A DNA stretch of 64,000 bases from a virus (taxonomy: Duplodnaviria; Caudoviricetes): positions 8,233 through 72,232 of the IMG/VR virus record IMGVR_UViG_3300020577_013187. One strand, written 5' to 3'. Positions 20,083 to 29,962 of this stretch are shown here, piece by piece. The position numbers and the translations under genes are program-made. Position 1 is the stretch's first letter. Each line of letters starts with the position of its first letter. Under the pieces are notes generated by a model, which was given only the letters and a program-made list of their open reading frames with translations, was not told the DNA's origin and did no database searches.

Positions 20083-21549
20083 TTAAGAGTTTCTTCCAAT
20101 ATTTTCCATAATGACATTCTTTGTAGGAGTATAGACAATAGGAGTTCCATACAACATTTGCATCCAACGATAAGCAGCTCCAGTAATGGCTAAATCCATT
20201 TTGAACAAAGGAGAAAGTTGTTTCCAATTTAAGTTATCAGACTCAACTTGCAAAAGATATCCAGTAGCTAATCCAGGCCCTTTACGACCAGCATCTCTAA
20301 AGTTAGCACCACCACCACCGACAGTAGCATTCGTATCTTTCACATACCCAATAAACAAATGACCACTACCAGTAACACTTGAACGATAAACTGCATAATA
20401 AAGAGCACCAGCAACACCAGTAATTGTAATATTGGTACGTTGACCAGCAGCAATAGCTTGTGAAGATTCAGCAGTAGCCAATGATTCACCATCATTATTT
20501 AAAGCTGAAACTCTGTAATAATAAGTACCAGCAGCTAAAGCAGAAGTCGTATCAGCTTCAGCGGCAATAGCACCAATCGCAGGAGTGGCAGGAGCACCAG
20601 CTAAAGCAGCAGTCAAAGGACTTTGTTTGGGGTTTAAAAACTTATCACCGACTAAACCAATTTCACCAGCTGAGCTTACAAAACTCGTTAGAACGAATCC
20701 AGCCTTACCATTGGGAATACCCATAGGATTGACACGTTCTTTATTGTAAAAAATAACACTCAAATCTTTGTGAACTCGGTGAGGAATAAAAAAATGAGTA
20801 GGATTTCCAAAATTTTCCAAAGAACGTAAACACATCTCTTCAATGTCGTCCTCAATAGGAACAGCACCATTAAGGTTATAAACTACTGAAGTTGTTCCGC
20901 CGTACCCTTCCCAACCAGTATACTGAGCTTTAGTATCAACATTACCAGCACGAATCTGTTGCTCTAAACCATTAAATTTTAGTGAAACAGCATGAACATC
21001 AGCAGGATCACCAGTGAAGTTACCACTAGCACCATTTTGAAAAAAACCGTTTGCTTCAAACAATTGACGTTCTAAATGCTGAAGAATCCAAAGAGTACCA
21101 CGTTTAATCTGATCAGCTATTACTGGACCATGAGCAGAACGAACTAAGGTCATTGGATGAGAAACAACCCGAGTCGTACCGATATATCTTACTAATTGAC
21201 CAGCTCGGTTATACTGAGCAGTCTCTTCAAGAGGAGCAGCACCAGCATCAGCATTAAAAAAACCACCATTCTGACTTTCACCATGACTTGTAACTCGATT
21301 ATACTCTTCATAAGTATTGTAAGCCTTATCTTTAGGAATCATAGGCCACAATTTTAAACTTTTTTCTGAAAAGGTAACTGATTTTAAACTTGCATCTAGA
21401 GATTCAACCTGAAGAGCAGTACCATTGGTTAACGTACTGGGTTGTTGATTATAGTTTCCAGCTTGTAAAGATTTTAACAATCCATCAAGCTCCTGAGGGC
21501 TGACAGAGCCGAACCCTGAAAAGTTATTAACTTTATTAAGATCAAACAT
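20083..21549 (-). CDS. Major capsid protein (Herelleviridae/Twort-like, with Ig/FN3-like insertion domain)
   Basis: LLKSLQAG...ALQVESLDASLKSVTF...STYEEYNR-type N-terminal motifs, LEQQLFE-like segment, GTYYYRVSALN insertion, C-terminal RWMQMLYGTP...KNVIMENI. Confidence 0.92.
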   Translation of the reverse strand: MFDLNKVNNFSGFGSVSPQELDGLLKSLQAGNYNQQPSTLTNGTALQVESLDASLKSVTFSEKSLKLWPMIPKDKAYNTYEEYNRVTSHGESQNGGFFNADAGAAPLEETAQYNRAGQLVRYIGTTRVVSHPMTLVRSAHGPVIADQIKRGTLWILQHLERQLFEANGFFQNGASGNFTGDPADVHAVSLKFNGLEQQIRAGNVDTKAQYTGWEGYGGTTSVVYNLNGAVPIEDDIEEMCLRSLENFGNPTHFFIPHRVHKDLSVIFYNKERVNPMGIPNGKAGFVLTSFVSSAGEIGLVGDKFLNPKQSPLTAALAGAPATPAIGAIAAEADTTSALAAGTYYYRVSALNNDGESLATAESSQAIAAGQRTNITITGVAGALYYAVYRSSVTGSGHLFIGYVKDTNATVGGGGANFRDAGRKGPGLATGYLLQVESDNLNWKQLSPLFKMDLAITGAAYRWMQMLYGTPIVYTPTKNVIMENIGRNS

Positions 21550-21587
21550 TTTTATTCTCCCTTTCTCTCAAAACATTAAAAAATAAA

Positions 21588-22418
21588 TTATTTACCACCA
21601 AAACGCTTATTTAATTCACCATTAACAATATCTCTTACACTAGGATTGCTGATTTTATTGGTTGCTTCATATTCCATAACAATTAGGCCATCAATAGTAT
21701 TAGATTTTTGAAGATCTAAAAGAACATCGAGCACTTGAGATTTTCTTAAACCTTCAACTTTACCACCTGAAGTTGTACTATTTTCAGATTTCTCAATAAC
21801 TTCAGTTTGATTTAAAAGTGCCTTAGGATCTCTAGCAGGGCTTTTTCGAAGAGTCCCAATATCACCTTTAAGTTGAACAATTTCAGCACTAAGTCCTTTA
21901 ACTACATCAACAAGACTAGAGACTGACTTATAGAGAGGGTTAGCCTGAGCTTTTTTAAGCTCTTCTTTTTCTTGAGCTTCTTTTTTAGCTTTAACAAGAA
22001 TCTCATAATCTTCCTGAGAAACTTCAAATGACTTTTTCATATCATCTTTACCATTCTTTTTATCATCTTCTTTATCATCATCATCATCATCTTCTTTATC
22101 TTTTTTATCTTTAGCTTTTTTGGCCTTAGATTTATCATCTTCATCTTCGTCACCATCTTCAGATTTACAATCTTTCTTCTTCTTCATACTTTCCATGTCT
22201 TGATCTTTCTTATCTTTATTTTTAATAACATCACCACCACCATTAGACTCTAAGCTAATATCAGCTCCAGCACTGGCAGCAGTGCCAATTTCATCAAAAG
22301 ATTTCTTCATATCATCTTGACTTTCATTTGATTTTTGCATACTATTTTTAACCTCTTTAAAAGCATTAGTAATTAGATTATCGACTTCTTCATAAAGTTT
22401 TAAATTTTCAGTTGACAT
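21588..22418 (-). CDS. Capsid scaffold protein
   Basis: Highly charged D/E/K low-complexity protein with repeated KS sites, directly upstream of the capsid gene. Confidence 0.7.
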   Translation of the reverse strand: MSTENLKLYEEVDNLITNAFKEVKNSMQKSNESQDDMKKSFDEIGTAASAGADISLESNGGGDVIKNKDKKDQDMESMKKKKDCKSEDGDEDEDDKSKAKKAKDKKDKEDDDDDDKEDDKKNGKDDMKKSFEVSQEDYEILVKAKKEAQEKEELKKAQANPLYKSVSSLVDVVKGLSAEIVQLKGDIGTLRKSPARDPKALLNQTEVIEKSENSTTSGGKVEGLRKSQVLDVLLDLQKSNTIDGLIVMEYEATNKISNPSVRDIVNGELNKRFGGK

Positions 22419-22434
22419 TTTATGCTCCTTTATC

Positions 22435-22941
22435 TTACAGTAAACTTATGGGTAGATTTAAATATGAAAGTCTAACATAGAGGTCGCTATCACCAGCTGC
22501 ACCATAAATTTCACCAGTAAGAATATGAGCAACAATGGGTGCATTTTCAACAGGAACAATAGCTGTAGAAAAATTTGAAGTTGCAAATCTAACTTGACCT
22601 GAAGTTTGATCTAAAAAACCAGTAGTTTCAACAGTGATAAGAGCAGAACCACCAGCATTAGTATATTTAAAGGTTAGATCATCATTTGCACCAACAGCAT
22701 CATATGCAGCACTTCCATATTTCATTTGTACATAAGCTGATAATGGAATATTAGTATATCCAATACCAGGAGCAGGAAGAACAATAAAAGGTGTAGCATT
22801 TAAAGTTCTAACATTCGCAAAAGGAATTTGTATCGTAGTACTTAAAGGTGCAATTCCATCAAAAAGATTAGCCAACTCAGTTCCAATTTTTCGATCACCA
22901 AGTGCATCTTTGAAAACATTTTTTTGTCTGTTTGATAACAT
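22435..22941 (-). CDS. Putative head decoration protein
   Basis: Ala/Thr-rich beta protein within the head module; no strong motif. Confidence 0.35.
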   Translation of the reverse strand: MLSNRQKNVFKDALGDRKIGTELANLFDGIAPLSTTIQIPFANVRTLNATPFIVLPAPGIGYTNIPLSAYVQMKYGSAAYDAVGANDDLTFKYTNAGGSALITVETTGFLDQTSGQVRFATSNFSTAIVPVENAPIVAHILTGEIYGAAGDSDLYVRLSYLNLPISLL

Positions 22942-23012
22942 TTTAGTAACTCCTTGTAAGAATTATAACATTATTTTAAATCTTTTTTTATAAATATTTT
23001 GATAACATTTTA

Positions 23013-23327
23013 TTATTTTTGCATCATAGAAATGGCCACTTTAGCAAAAGTACTGATAAACGTGCCACCCGATAAAACCAATAAAGCCCAAAAAATCTTT
23101 TTTAACCAAGTAATATCATTAACACATTGATGCAAAAGAAGCTTACTTTCATTTAAATCTTCTGTATGAGTTTTCTGTACATCTCTAACATCAGATATTT
23201 CCTTATTGACAGAAACCAATTGACCAGTGATCGAAATTAATTGGCCATTATTAGCATCTGATTGATTTTTAAGATTTTTTAAGAAATCTTCATCAAAATA
23301 AAGTGATTCTTTTTTTGGTGATTGCAT
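23013..23327 (-). CDS. Membrane protein with coiled coil and C-terminal TM (holin/XhlA-like)
   Basis: Coiled coil followed by WLKKIFWALLVLSGGTFISTFAKVAISM. Confidence 0.45.
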   Translation of the reverse strand: MQSPKKESLYFDEDFLKNLKNQSDANNGQLISITGQLVSVNKEISDVRDVQKTHTEDLNESKLLLHQCVNDITWLKKIFWALLVLSGGTFISTFAKVAISMMQK

Positions 23328-23336
23328 AATGTCCTG

Positions 23337-24815
23337 TTAGAATGCTTTATATCTTAAAGTTCCTCTAATGCTTCTACCAGTTTGATTTTGATTAGCAGCA
23401 TTCATAGCAGTTTCATTATTAGGAACTGCACTCATATAATAGAAATTGACATTTCTACTATTAGAGGCTATCAATGGAGTAACAACAGTACTAATATCGC
23501 CTGTATTAGCAGCTTCACCTGAACCATAAAAACCAGTAGCAGTAGCGGCTGTTTTTGAATAAGGTGTTACTAAAGCAAGTCCAACAGCACCAGCACCAGC
23601 AGTGCCACCAGCAACATTAACAAAATTCCAGTTAAGAGTTACAAAACCAGCTAAATCAACCATATATTCAAAAACATTAATAGAAGTATATGTAGGAGCA
23701 GTACCACCAGAAGCTACAAAAAATGAACCAGCAGTTGCACCATTTTGACCAGTAGCCATATTATACGTACGACTACCAAAAATATCATGACATGCTTGAT
23801 TTCCTATGCCACCTAAAAAAGCAAAGGTCCAGTCATCAGCTGCAGTTTTATTTAATCTAATAGCTCCAATGGTAAAACATGAGCTATTGGCAAATGTTGC
23901 TATTTGATTTGTAGTTGTCCAAAGAATAACATTACTTTGACTTTGAGAACTTGGAGGAACATCTTTATAGCCAATATTAGTACTAGCTCCAGTTGTAGTC
24001 GCAGCAGGATCTCGTGATAGACCTAAAATAGGGGTAGAGCCATTATAAATTAACTTAATAGCAAAAGGTAAATCATTCCAAGCAACTCCAGTACCTGTAG
24101 CAACACCAAAACTAGTACCGCCACCACCATTAAACCAACTATCAGCACTGGTCGAATCTTGAATAACACAATTCGTAGCAGCAGTAAAAGTAGCACTTAA
24201 ATATCCACCACCTGAAGGATTTGGCCATCTAAACCAAACAGGATTGGTAGATGATGGAGTATTTCCATTATGATCTTTTAAAGAAAGAACACCTGAAGAT
24301 AGGGTGAGGGTACCATTAGTAGAAAAATTTGCAGCTTGAGTAGGAGAATATAATCCAGTTACACTGACACCATTTTGATCATTTAGAATAACACCACTAG
24401 AATCTGGAAAAGTATAATTTCTATTTCCAGTTAATCCAGGAGTGGTAAAACTAGCAGAATTTCCACCTGTACTATTAAGAAGAAGCGTACCAAAAACACT
24501 AGCTCCATTGGTATCAACTTGAAATTTATTACTGCTTGCAATAAAATTTCTTATATAGGTAGAGCCATCACTTATAAGATAAGTAGTACCACCAGTATCA
24601 AAATTTAACTTATTTGTTCCAACAACTAAAGGAGTGCTATTTAATACAAGACCGCCAGTTTGATCTAAAGTAATAACATCATTGCCACCCACTTGAAAAA
24701 TCATTTTACCAGTAGATTCTCTTAAGCTAGTGGTCTGTCCATCATTCAAACTAATTTTTTTAGTAGTAGGAACTCTAACCGTTCCTTGTAATCTTGCATC
24801 ACCATTAATATCCAT
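23337..24815 (-). CDS. Fibre/appendage protein
   Basis: Gly/Thr/Ser-rich beta repeats; RNYTFPDSSG motif shared with the neighbouring fibre. Confidence 0.6.
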   Translation of the reverse strand: MDINGDARLQGTVRVPTTKKISLNDGQTTSLRESTGKMIFQVGGNDVITLDQTGGLVLNSTPLVVGTNKLNFDTGGTTYLISDGSTYIRNFIASSNKFQVDTNGASVFGTLLLNSTGGNSASFTTPGLTGNRNYTFPDSSGVILNDQNGVSVTGLYSPTQAANFSTNGTLTLSSGVLSLKDHNGNTPSSTNPVWFRWPNPSGGGYLSATFTAATNCVIQDSTSADSWFNGGGGTSFGVATGTGVAWNDLPFAIKLIYNGSTPILGLSRDPAATTTGASTNIGYKDVPPSSQSQSNVILWTTTNQIATFANSSCFTIGAIRLNKTAADDWTFAFLGGIGNQACHDIFGSRTYNMATGQNGATAGSFFVASGGTAPTYTSINVFEYMVDLAGFVTLNWNFVNVAGGTAGAGAVGLALVTPYSKTAATATGFYGSGEAANTGDISTVVTPLIASNSRNVNFYYMSAVPNNETAMNAANQNQTGRSIRGTLRYKAF

Positions 24816-24927
24816 AATTTTTTCCTTTACATTTTATAATGAATATTTTATCATACTTTTTAATGTCTTTTTTATAAAAAACCTCTTTTATACTTTTTAT
24901 TTCTTAGCATAGAATGATTATATTAAA

Positions 24928-25158
24928 TTATTTTCCTAATTCGATATTTTGGTTTCTAATCTTTATCCAATCAAGCACCTCTTGAATTTTTTTCAAAATC
25001 ATTGCATTTTCTTTTTTTTCATTACTTAAATTTTCTTTAGCAATCTGTTGAGAACACCAAATAAACACTTCATCAATACAACAACCATTAATGCCGTTTT
25101 TTTCAGGATCCCCTTCTTGTAATTTGATATTTATAAAATCTTCCATTTTATCCCCCAT
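24928..25158 (-). CDS. Tad1-like anti-defence signalling-molecule sponge (C-terminally short)
   Basis: IKLQEGDPEKNGINGC...KENAMILKKIQEVLDWIKIR matches the recalled Tad1-family pattern (IKFQxGP.KE.GVNG...RENA.AL..lEEAL.W...R). Confidence 0.55.
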   Translation of the reverse strand: MGDKMEDFINIKLQEGDPEKNGINGCCIDEVFIWCSQQIAKENLSNEKKENAMILKKIQEVLDWIKIRNQNIELGK

Positions 25159-28100
25159 TAAAAATATGTGATCACCAAAACCATACCATCTCCACCCTTA
25201 CCACCTGCCCCACTTATGATTTTAGTATTATTAGCAGATCCACCACCTCCACCACCACCGCCATATAACCCACCAGCTCCACCATTCCCACCTGCAGAAG
25301 TTGTGTGGCCATAGGCACCACCTCCACCGCCACCACCGTTTGTATAAGTTGTTGCACCTGCAGTATAACCAGCACCACCAGCAACACCGGGACCGGAACC
25401 TCCAGTAGCCCCAGAGTTATCTCCATAATAGCTTAATGTCCCACCTGCACCGCCTAGATAGCTAACACTTGATCCATCAGTACTACCACCCCCTCCACCC
25501 CCTGAACCACCTAAAACAGCTGTGCCCCCTGGTTGACCAGCAAATGGTCCTGATAATCCACCATCTCCACCATTATATTGTCCAGCCCCTCCAGTAGGCG
25601 TTGCTGGACTTCCCATGTTACCCCCTGCTCCTGCAGGGCCACCATTTGCTTTTAGATAGCTACCAAAACTGGAAACCCCTCCTGACACACCTGGGTTTCC
25701 ATCTGTAAATGTTGTAGTCTGACCAGCTCCCCCTGCTCCCCCAACTCCTACCGTAACAGTCACTGTTGAAGTTAGCCCAGCTGCATTAAAAACTTCTTCT
25801 GAGCTAGCACCGCCAGCGCCCCCACTACCTCCTGAATAAGTTGGCGTACCTCCTAAACGACCGCTACCACCTCCACCACCACCGCCTATAGCTCTTACTC
25901 TAACTAATTTTGCACCAGCTGGTTTTGTCCAGGTACCGCTTGAAGTAAAGGCTTGCACATCTACCGATATTCCTAAAGTTCCAGAAACATCAGGTAGTGT
26001 ATAGGTTCTGGTAGTAGCTGTAGAGATACCAGATAACTGAAATTTTGCCTGCTTTGTATTATCACCATCATCCTGAAGAGTAAGATTAGTATCTTGAATA
26101 GTGATGATGTTTGTATTATTGAGTGTTTTATTAGTTAAAGTCTGGGTATTCGTATCTAAAACAACAACACCAGAAGCATTAGGGATGGTTAAAGTTCTGG
26201 TAGTAGCTGTAGAGATACCAGATAACTGAAACTGTAATTGTTTAGTAGCATCGCCGTCGTCTTGAAGTGTAAAAAGATTATCAGCTGTTGTAATAGTGGC
26301 TTTATACGTTCCAACAGTAACAGTACCCAATCGAGTAATATTGTCTTGAATGGTATTGGGTAGGGTGGTTAAAACTTCAACATTTCCTGTACCAGCTGTA
26401 TTTCTACCTAAAACTGAAGCAGTAGCAATAGTTTGAAATTTGGCCAATGTAACCACATTATTAGCAATAGTAGTTGACAATGAGCTACCAGCTGTGGTTA
26501 CATCACCAGTCAAAGCAGGAAATTGACCAGCTTGAAGAGTACCAGTAACACCATTAGTTAAATTAACTTGGGCCCAAACAGGATTGTTATTTGTTCCTGT
26601 ATTAGATAAATATCTTGTAGCATTAGTATCTTTTGTTAAGGCTGATATGGTATTGGTAGCAGAACCATAGAGTAAATCACCTTGGGCAATAGAAGTTAGA
26701 CCAGTTCCCCCTTTAGTAACTGCTATTGTTGTAGCATTCCAAGTTCCTGTTCCAATAGTTCCTAAAGTAGTGATATTGGCAGAGCCTGCCCAAGTACTTA
26801 AAGCAGTATTTTCAACATTATCTAAAGATAATAGAGTTTTTACAGCACTAGGAGTTAAAACTTCTACTGAACCAGTTCCAGCTGTAGTTCTTCCTAGTAT
26901 ACTATTAGTTGTAATATTTTGAATTTTAGCAAAAGTGACTGCTTGATTAGCTATAGTAGCAGCAAAAGATCCAGTTCCTGAACCAGTAACATCACCAGTC
27001 AAAGTAATAGTTTGATCACCAGTATTTGTTCCTGAACTAGTTCCTGAAAATGTACCATTTTGAGTTGCTAAAGTACCTAAACCTAAAGTTGTTCTAGCTG
27101 TAGTATTATCAGGATCATCAATTAAAGATCTACCAAAACTAGTCAAGGTTGTAGTAGAAGCAGTTCCTGCACCTGTGTAATAAGGTAAAGCATCAGCAGC
27201 TGAAGTAGTAGTAGCTAAAGCTGATAACTCAGTATCTAAAGGCTGATATCCTGATAAATCAGAAGTTAAAGCTATCGTACCATTTGCATTAGGTAAAGTA
27301 TAAGTTCTAGTGGTAGCTGTACTAATTCCAGAAGCCTGGAACTTAGCCTGTTTAGTGTTATCTCCATCATCTTGAATGGTGAAATTAGTATCGAGTAAGG
27401 TAACATTATTAGTATTTCCTATTGTCTTATTCGTTAAAGTTTGAGCACCTGTTAAGGTTGTAACAATACTCGTGTCAATTGATAGAGTATTACCAGTTTT
27501 TAATATACCCGTACCAGCAACAATTGACCCAGCTCCTGAAAATTGAGTAAAAGTAAGATTAGTTGAACCTAAATTAATAGGATCAGGAGTAATAAGAACA
27601 TAGCCATTATTTAAATTAGTACTACCCTCTTCGATAAAAGTATATAAACCAGAAGTTACTTTAAAAGAAGCATCTGCATCTGTAGCTCTAGTCCAAGAAC
27701 CAGTTGAAACAACATAAATACCATTTTGGCTCGCAGTGCTTTGATCTTTGACTAAGACTCTATTTCCTGTAACTGTAGCTACACCATCAATGGTTTGTTC
27801 GCCTGATAGAGTAATATTAGCAGTAGTAGCAGCTCTACATGAATTTTTAAAATCTAATCCTAAAGCAAAAGCATCAACATAAGCTTTATTAGCTGCATCA
27901 CTGGAACCAGTAGGATTTGACAATCCTGTTATTGTTCCACCTGTGATATTGACATTGTTTGCATTTTGTGTTGCAATAGTTCCTAAGCCAAGGTTTGTTC
28001 TAGCACCTGAAGCAGTAGTAGAACCTGTTCCACCTTTATTCAAAGCTAAAGCTGAACCACCTAAGTTATTGATATCAATACCTGATTCAATAACATCGGC

Positions 28101-29147
28101 AATGATAGTATTGGCAACATCATTATAGGTAAAATTGATAGTAGCAGTATCAGTTAAAATACTGCCTACGGCATCTTGAGCTTCTTCATCAGTATAAGTA
28201 GAAGTATTAACCCAAGAAGGATTAGTTCCATCAGTTCCTAAAACTCTTCCATTATTTCCTGTTTGACTAGGTAAAAGATTATTTAAGGCAGCACTAGCTG
28301 TAGTAGCATTAGTACCACCTTTATTTACAGGTAGAGTACCAGTGACATTTGTACCAGATAAAGTTATAGGATTGGCTGTAATTTGTTGACCAGCTAGAGA
28401 AAGATAATTCTCACCTACTAAAGTAACAGGATTATGAAGATCAGAAGTTAAGGCTATAGTTCCTGAAGAATCTTGAAAGGTAAAAGTTCTACTAGTTCCA
28501 GTAGAGATACCTGAAACTTGAAAGAAAATTTGCTTAGTGGGGTCACCATTATCTTGAATAGTAAAACTATTGTCTAAAATAGCAATAGAGCCACCAGTAA
28601 TGGCGACATTGCTCCCATTTTGGACAGCCATAGTTCCTAAACCAAGAGTAGTCCTTTGGGCTGCATTATCAACATCATCTAAAATAGCTCGACCTGCAGC
28701 AGTACAAACTATTTCTTCAACAGGACCAGCACCAGCTGTCACTCGACCTAAAATTCTATCAGTAGCTGAGACATTCTGAATTTTAGAATAAGTTATTGAA
28801 CTATTTTTTACATCAGCAGTTATGGCAGGAGTGGCATCATCATAGGTGAAATCTATAGTTGCTGTATCTACTAAAATACTTCCTACAGCATCTTGGGCCT
28901 CTTCATCAGTATATCCACCACCTGACCCAGTCACCCAACTAACATTAGTACCATCTGTACTAAGATATTTTCCACTATTGCCCATTTGACTAGGCAATAA
29001 GTTATTTCTAGCACTTTGAGCCGTTGTTGCACTAGTCCCTCCTTTATCTGTTGTTAAAGGAGTACCGGCTAATGAATTAATATCAATCGTAGTAGGATCT
29101 ACTGATCCCCCCCCACTACCATGACCAGAAGTCTTTCCATCACTCAT
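25158..29147 (-). CDS. Long fibre protein with internal repeats and C-terminal glycine-rich domain
   Basis: Four copies of QDxGDxTKQxxFQxSGISTxTxRTxT; two copies of TDEEAQDAVGSILxDTATIxFTY; C-terminal VQAFTSSGTWTKP...GGGGGGG domain. Confidence 0.75.
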   Translation of the reverse strand: MSDGKTSGHGSGGGSVDPTTIDINSLAGTPLTTDKGGTSATTAQSARNNLLPSQMGNSGKYLSTDGTNVSWVTGSGGGYTDEEAQDAVGSILVDTATIDFTYDDATPAITADVKNSSITYSKIQNVSATDRILGRVTAGAGPVEEIVCTAAGRAILDDVDNAAQRTTLGLGTMAVQNGSNVAITGGSIAILDNSFTIQDNGDPTKQIFFQVSGISTGTSRTFTFQDSSGTIALTSDLHNPVTLVGENYLSLAGQQITANPITLSGTNVTGTLPVNKGGTNATTASAALNNLLPSQTGNNGRVLGTDGTNPSWVNTSTYTDEEAQDAVGSILTDTATINFTYNDVANTIIADVIESGIDINNLGGSALALNKGGTGSTTASGARTNLGLGTIATQNANNVNITGGTITGLSNPTGSSDAANKAYVDAFALGLDFKNSCRAATTANITLSGEQTIDGVATVTGNRVLVKDQSTASQNGIYVVSTGSWTRATDADASFKVTSGLYTFIEEGSTNLNNGYVLITPDPINLGSTNLTFTQFSGAGSIVAGTGILKTGNTLSIDTSIVTTLTGAQTLTNKTIGNTNNVTLLDTNFTIQDDGDNTKQAKFQASGISTATTRTYTLPNANGTIALTSDLSGYQPLDTELSALATTTSAADALPYYTGAGTASTTTLTSFGRSLIDDPDNTTARTTLGLGTLATQNGTFSGTSSGTNTGDQTITLTGDVTGSGTGSFAATIANQAVTFAKIQNITTNSILGRTTAGTGSVEVLTPSAVKTLLSLDNVENTALSTWAGSANITTLGTIGTGTWNATTIAVTKGGTGLTSIAQGDLLYGSATNTISALTKDTNATRYLSNTGTNNNPVWAQVNLTNGVTGTLQAGQFPALTGDVTTAGSSLSTTIANNVVTLAKFQTIATASVLGRNTAGTGNVEVLTTLPNTIQDNITRLGTVTVGTYKATITTADNLFTLQDDGDATKQLQFQLSGISTATTRTLTIPNASGVVVLDTNTQTLTNKTLNNTNIITIQDTNLTLQDDGDNTKQAKFQLSGISTATTRTYTLPDVSGTLGISVDVQAFTSSGTWTKPAGAKLVRVRAIGGGGGGGSGRLGGTPTYSGGSGGAGGASSEEVFNAAGLTSTVTVTVGVGGAGGAGQTTTFTDGNPGVSGGVSSFGSYLKANGGPAGAGGNMGSPATPTGGAGQYNGGDGGLSGPFAGQPGGTAVLGGSGGGGGGSTDGSSVSYLGGAGGTLSYYGDNSGATGGSGPGVAGGAGYTAGATTYTNGGGGGGGAYGHTTSAGGNGGAGGLYGGGGGGGGSANNTKIISGAGGKGGDGMVLVITYF
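26005..26231. repeat. About 38-bp exact direct repeat inside the fibre gene
   Basis: gttctggtagtagctgtagagataccagataactgaaa at 26005-26042 and 26194-26231. Confidence 0.85.
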
Positions 29148-29277
29148 AGTTAATCCACAATAAAAAGGTGAGTATATTATTCTCTTATCTTTTTATTATA
29201 GATTACTAATTGAATTTAAGATGGATTTAGAACTATATAAGTAGTCTTTCCATCTTTTGAAGTAATAGAATCAGCCA

Positions 29278-29952
29278 TTATCTGCCTCTCGTTAAAAAGA
29301 TTTTACAAGAGTTAGTGGCATTGGTAGTTAATTTTTTTATTCTTACTCTATAGGGAATAATACTAGTGTCAATAAACCAAACTCCTGAACTAGTATGAGT
29401 AGCAGCTGAAGTCAAAATAGCTGTTACATCTCTCCATAGAGTTGATGGGGGATCTAAGGTAAGTCTTCCACCACTAGGCATAGGAGTATCTATAATTTGA
29501 TATTTTGTTGAAGTACTTGTAGCCCCCGCTAAACCACCTACAAAAGTCATAGTTCCAGTTGCCTGGCTATAAGCAGTAATAATTCTAGTTTGACCAATAT
29601 TTCCAGGAACAACGTCATCAACAATCTTTACATGAGCACCAATCAAATCACCATCAGTATTATATCCTAAAACTGTATTTAAACCAGCATCAATAATAGT
29701 TGTGGTTGATCCAGCTCCTGAAGCAGTTCTATCTAAAACTACATCACTATAAACTTGTTGATTAGTTGCCTCAATAGTCAAAGTAGTATTCGAAATTAAA
29801 TGTTCAACTGAAAAATGTCGAAACCCATCCGCTCCTACATTAAAGTAAGTATAGCTAAAAGTAGCATCAGGAGCATTAGTTTGATCAGCAATCTTACCAT
29901 CAAAAATCACTGAATCTCTAGCATGTTTTTGTCTAACAGGAATTCTAGCCAT
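29278..29952 (-). CDS. Hypothetical virion protein
   Basis: Thr/Gly-rich beta protein (GQTRIITAYSQATGTMTF) in the head/fibre cluster. Confidence 0.45.
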   Translation of the reverse strand: MARIPVRQKHARDSVIFDGKIADQTNAPDATFSYTYFNVGADGFRHFSVEHLISNTTLTIEATNQQVYSDVVLDRTASGAGSTTTIIDAGLNTVLGYNTDGDLIGAHVKIVDDVVPGNIGQTRIITAYSQATGTMTFVGGLAGATSTSTKYQIIDTPMPSGGRLTLDPPSTLWRDVTAILTSAATHTSSGVWFIDTSIIPYRVRIKKLTTNATNSCKIFLTRGR

Positions 29953-29962
29953 TTAAAACCTC

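Noticed and set aside
20400-20650. Ig/FN3-like insertion in the major capsid protein as a novelty or intein
   Set aside because: Such an insertion is typical of Herelleviridae-like capsids and there are no intein splicing motifs.
25158-29147. Diversity-generating retroelement target in the fibre repeats
   Set aside because: No reverse transcriptase in the window, the repeats are in-frame coding duplications, and no adenine-specific template/variable pair was seen.
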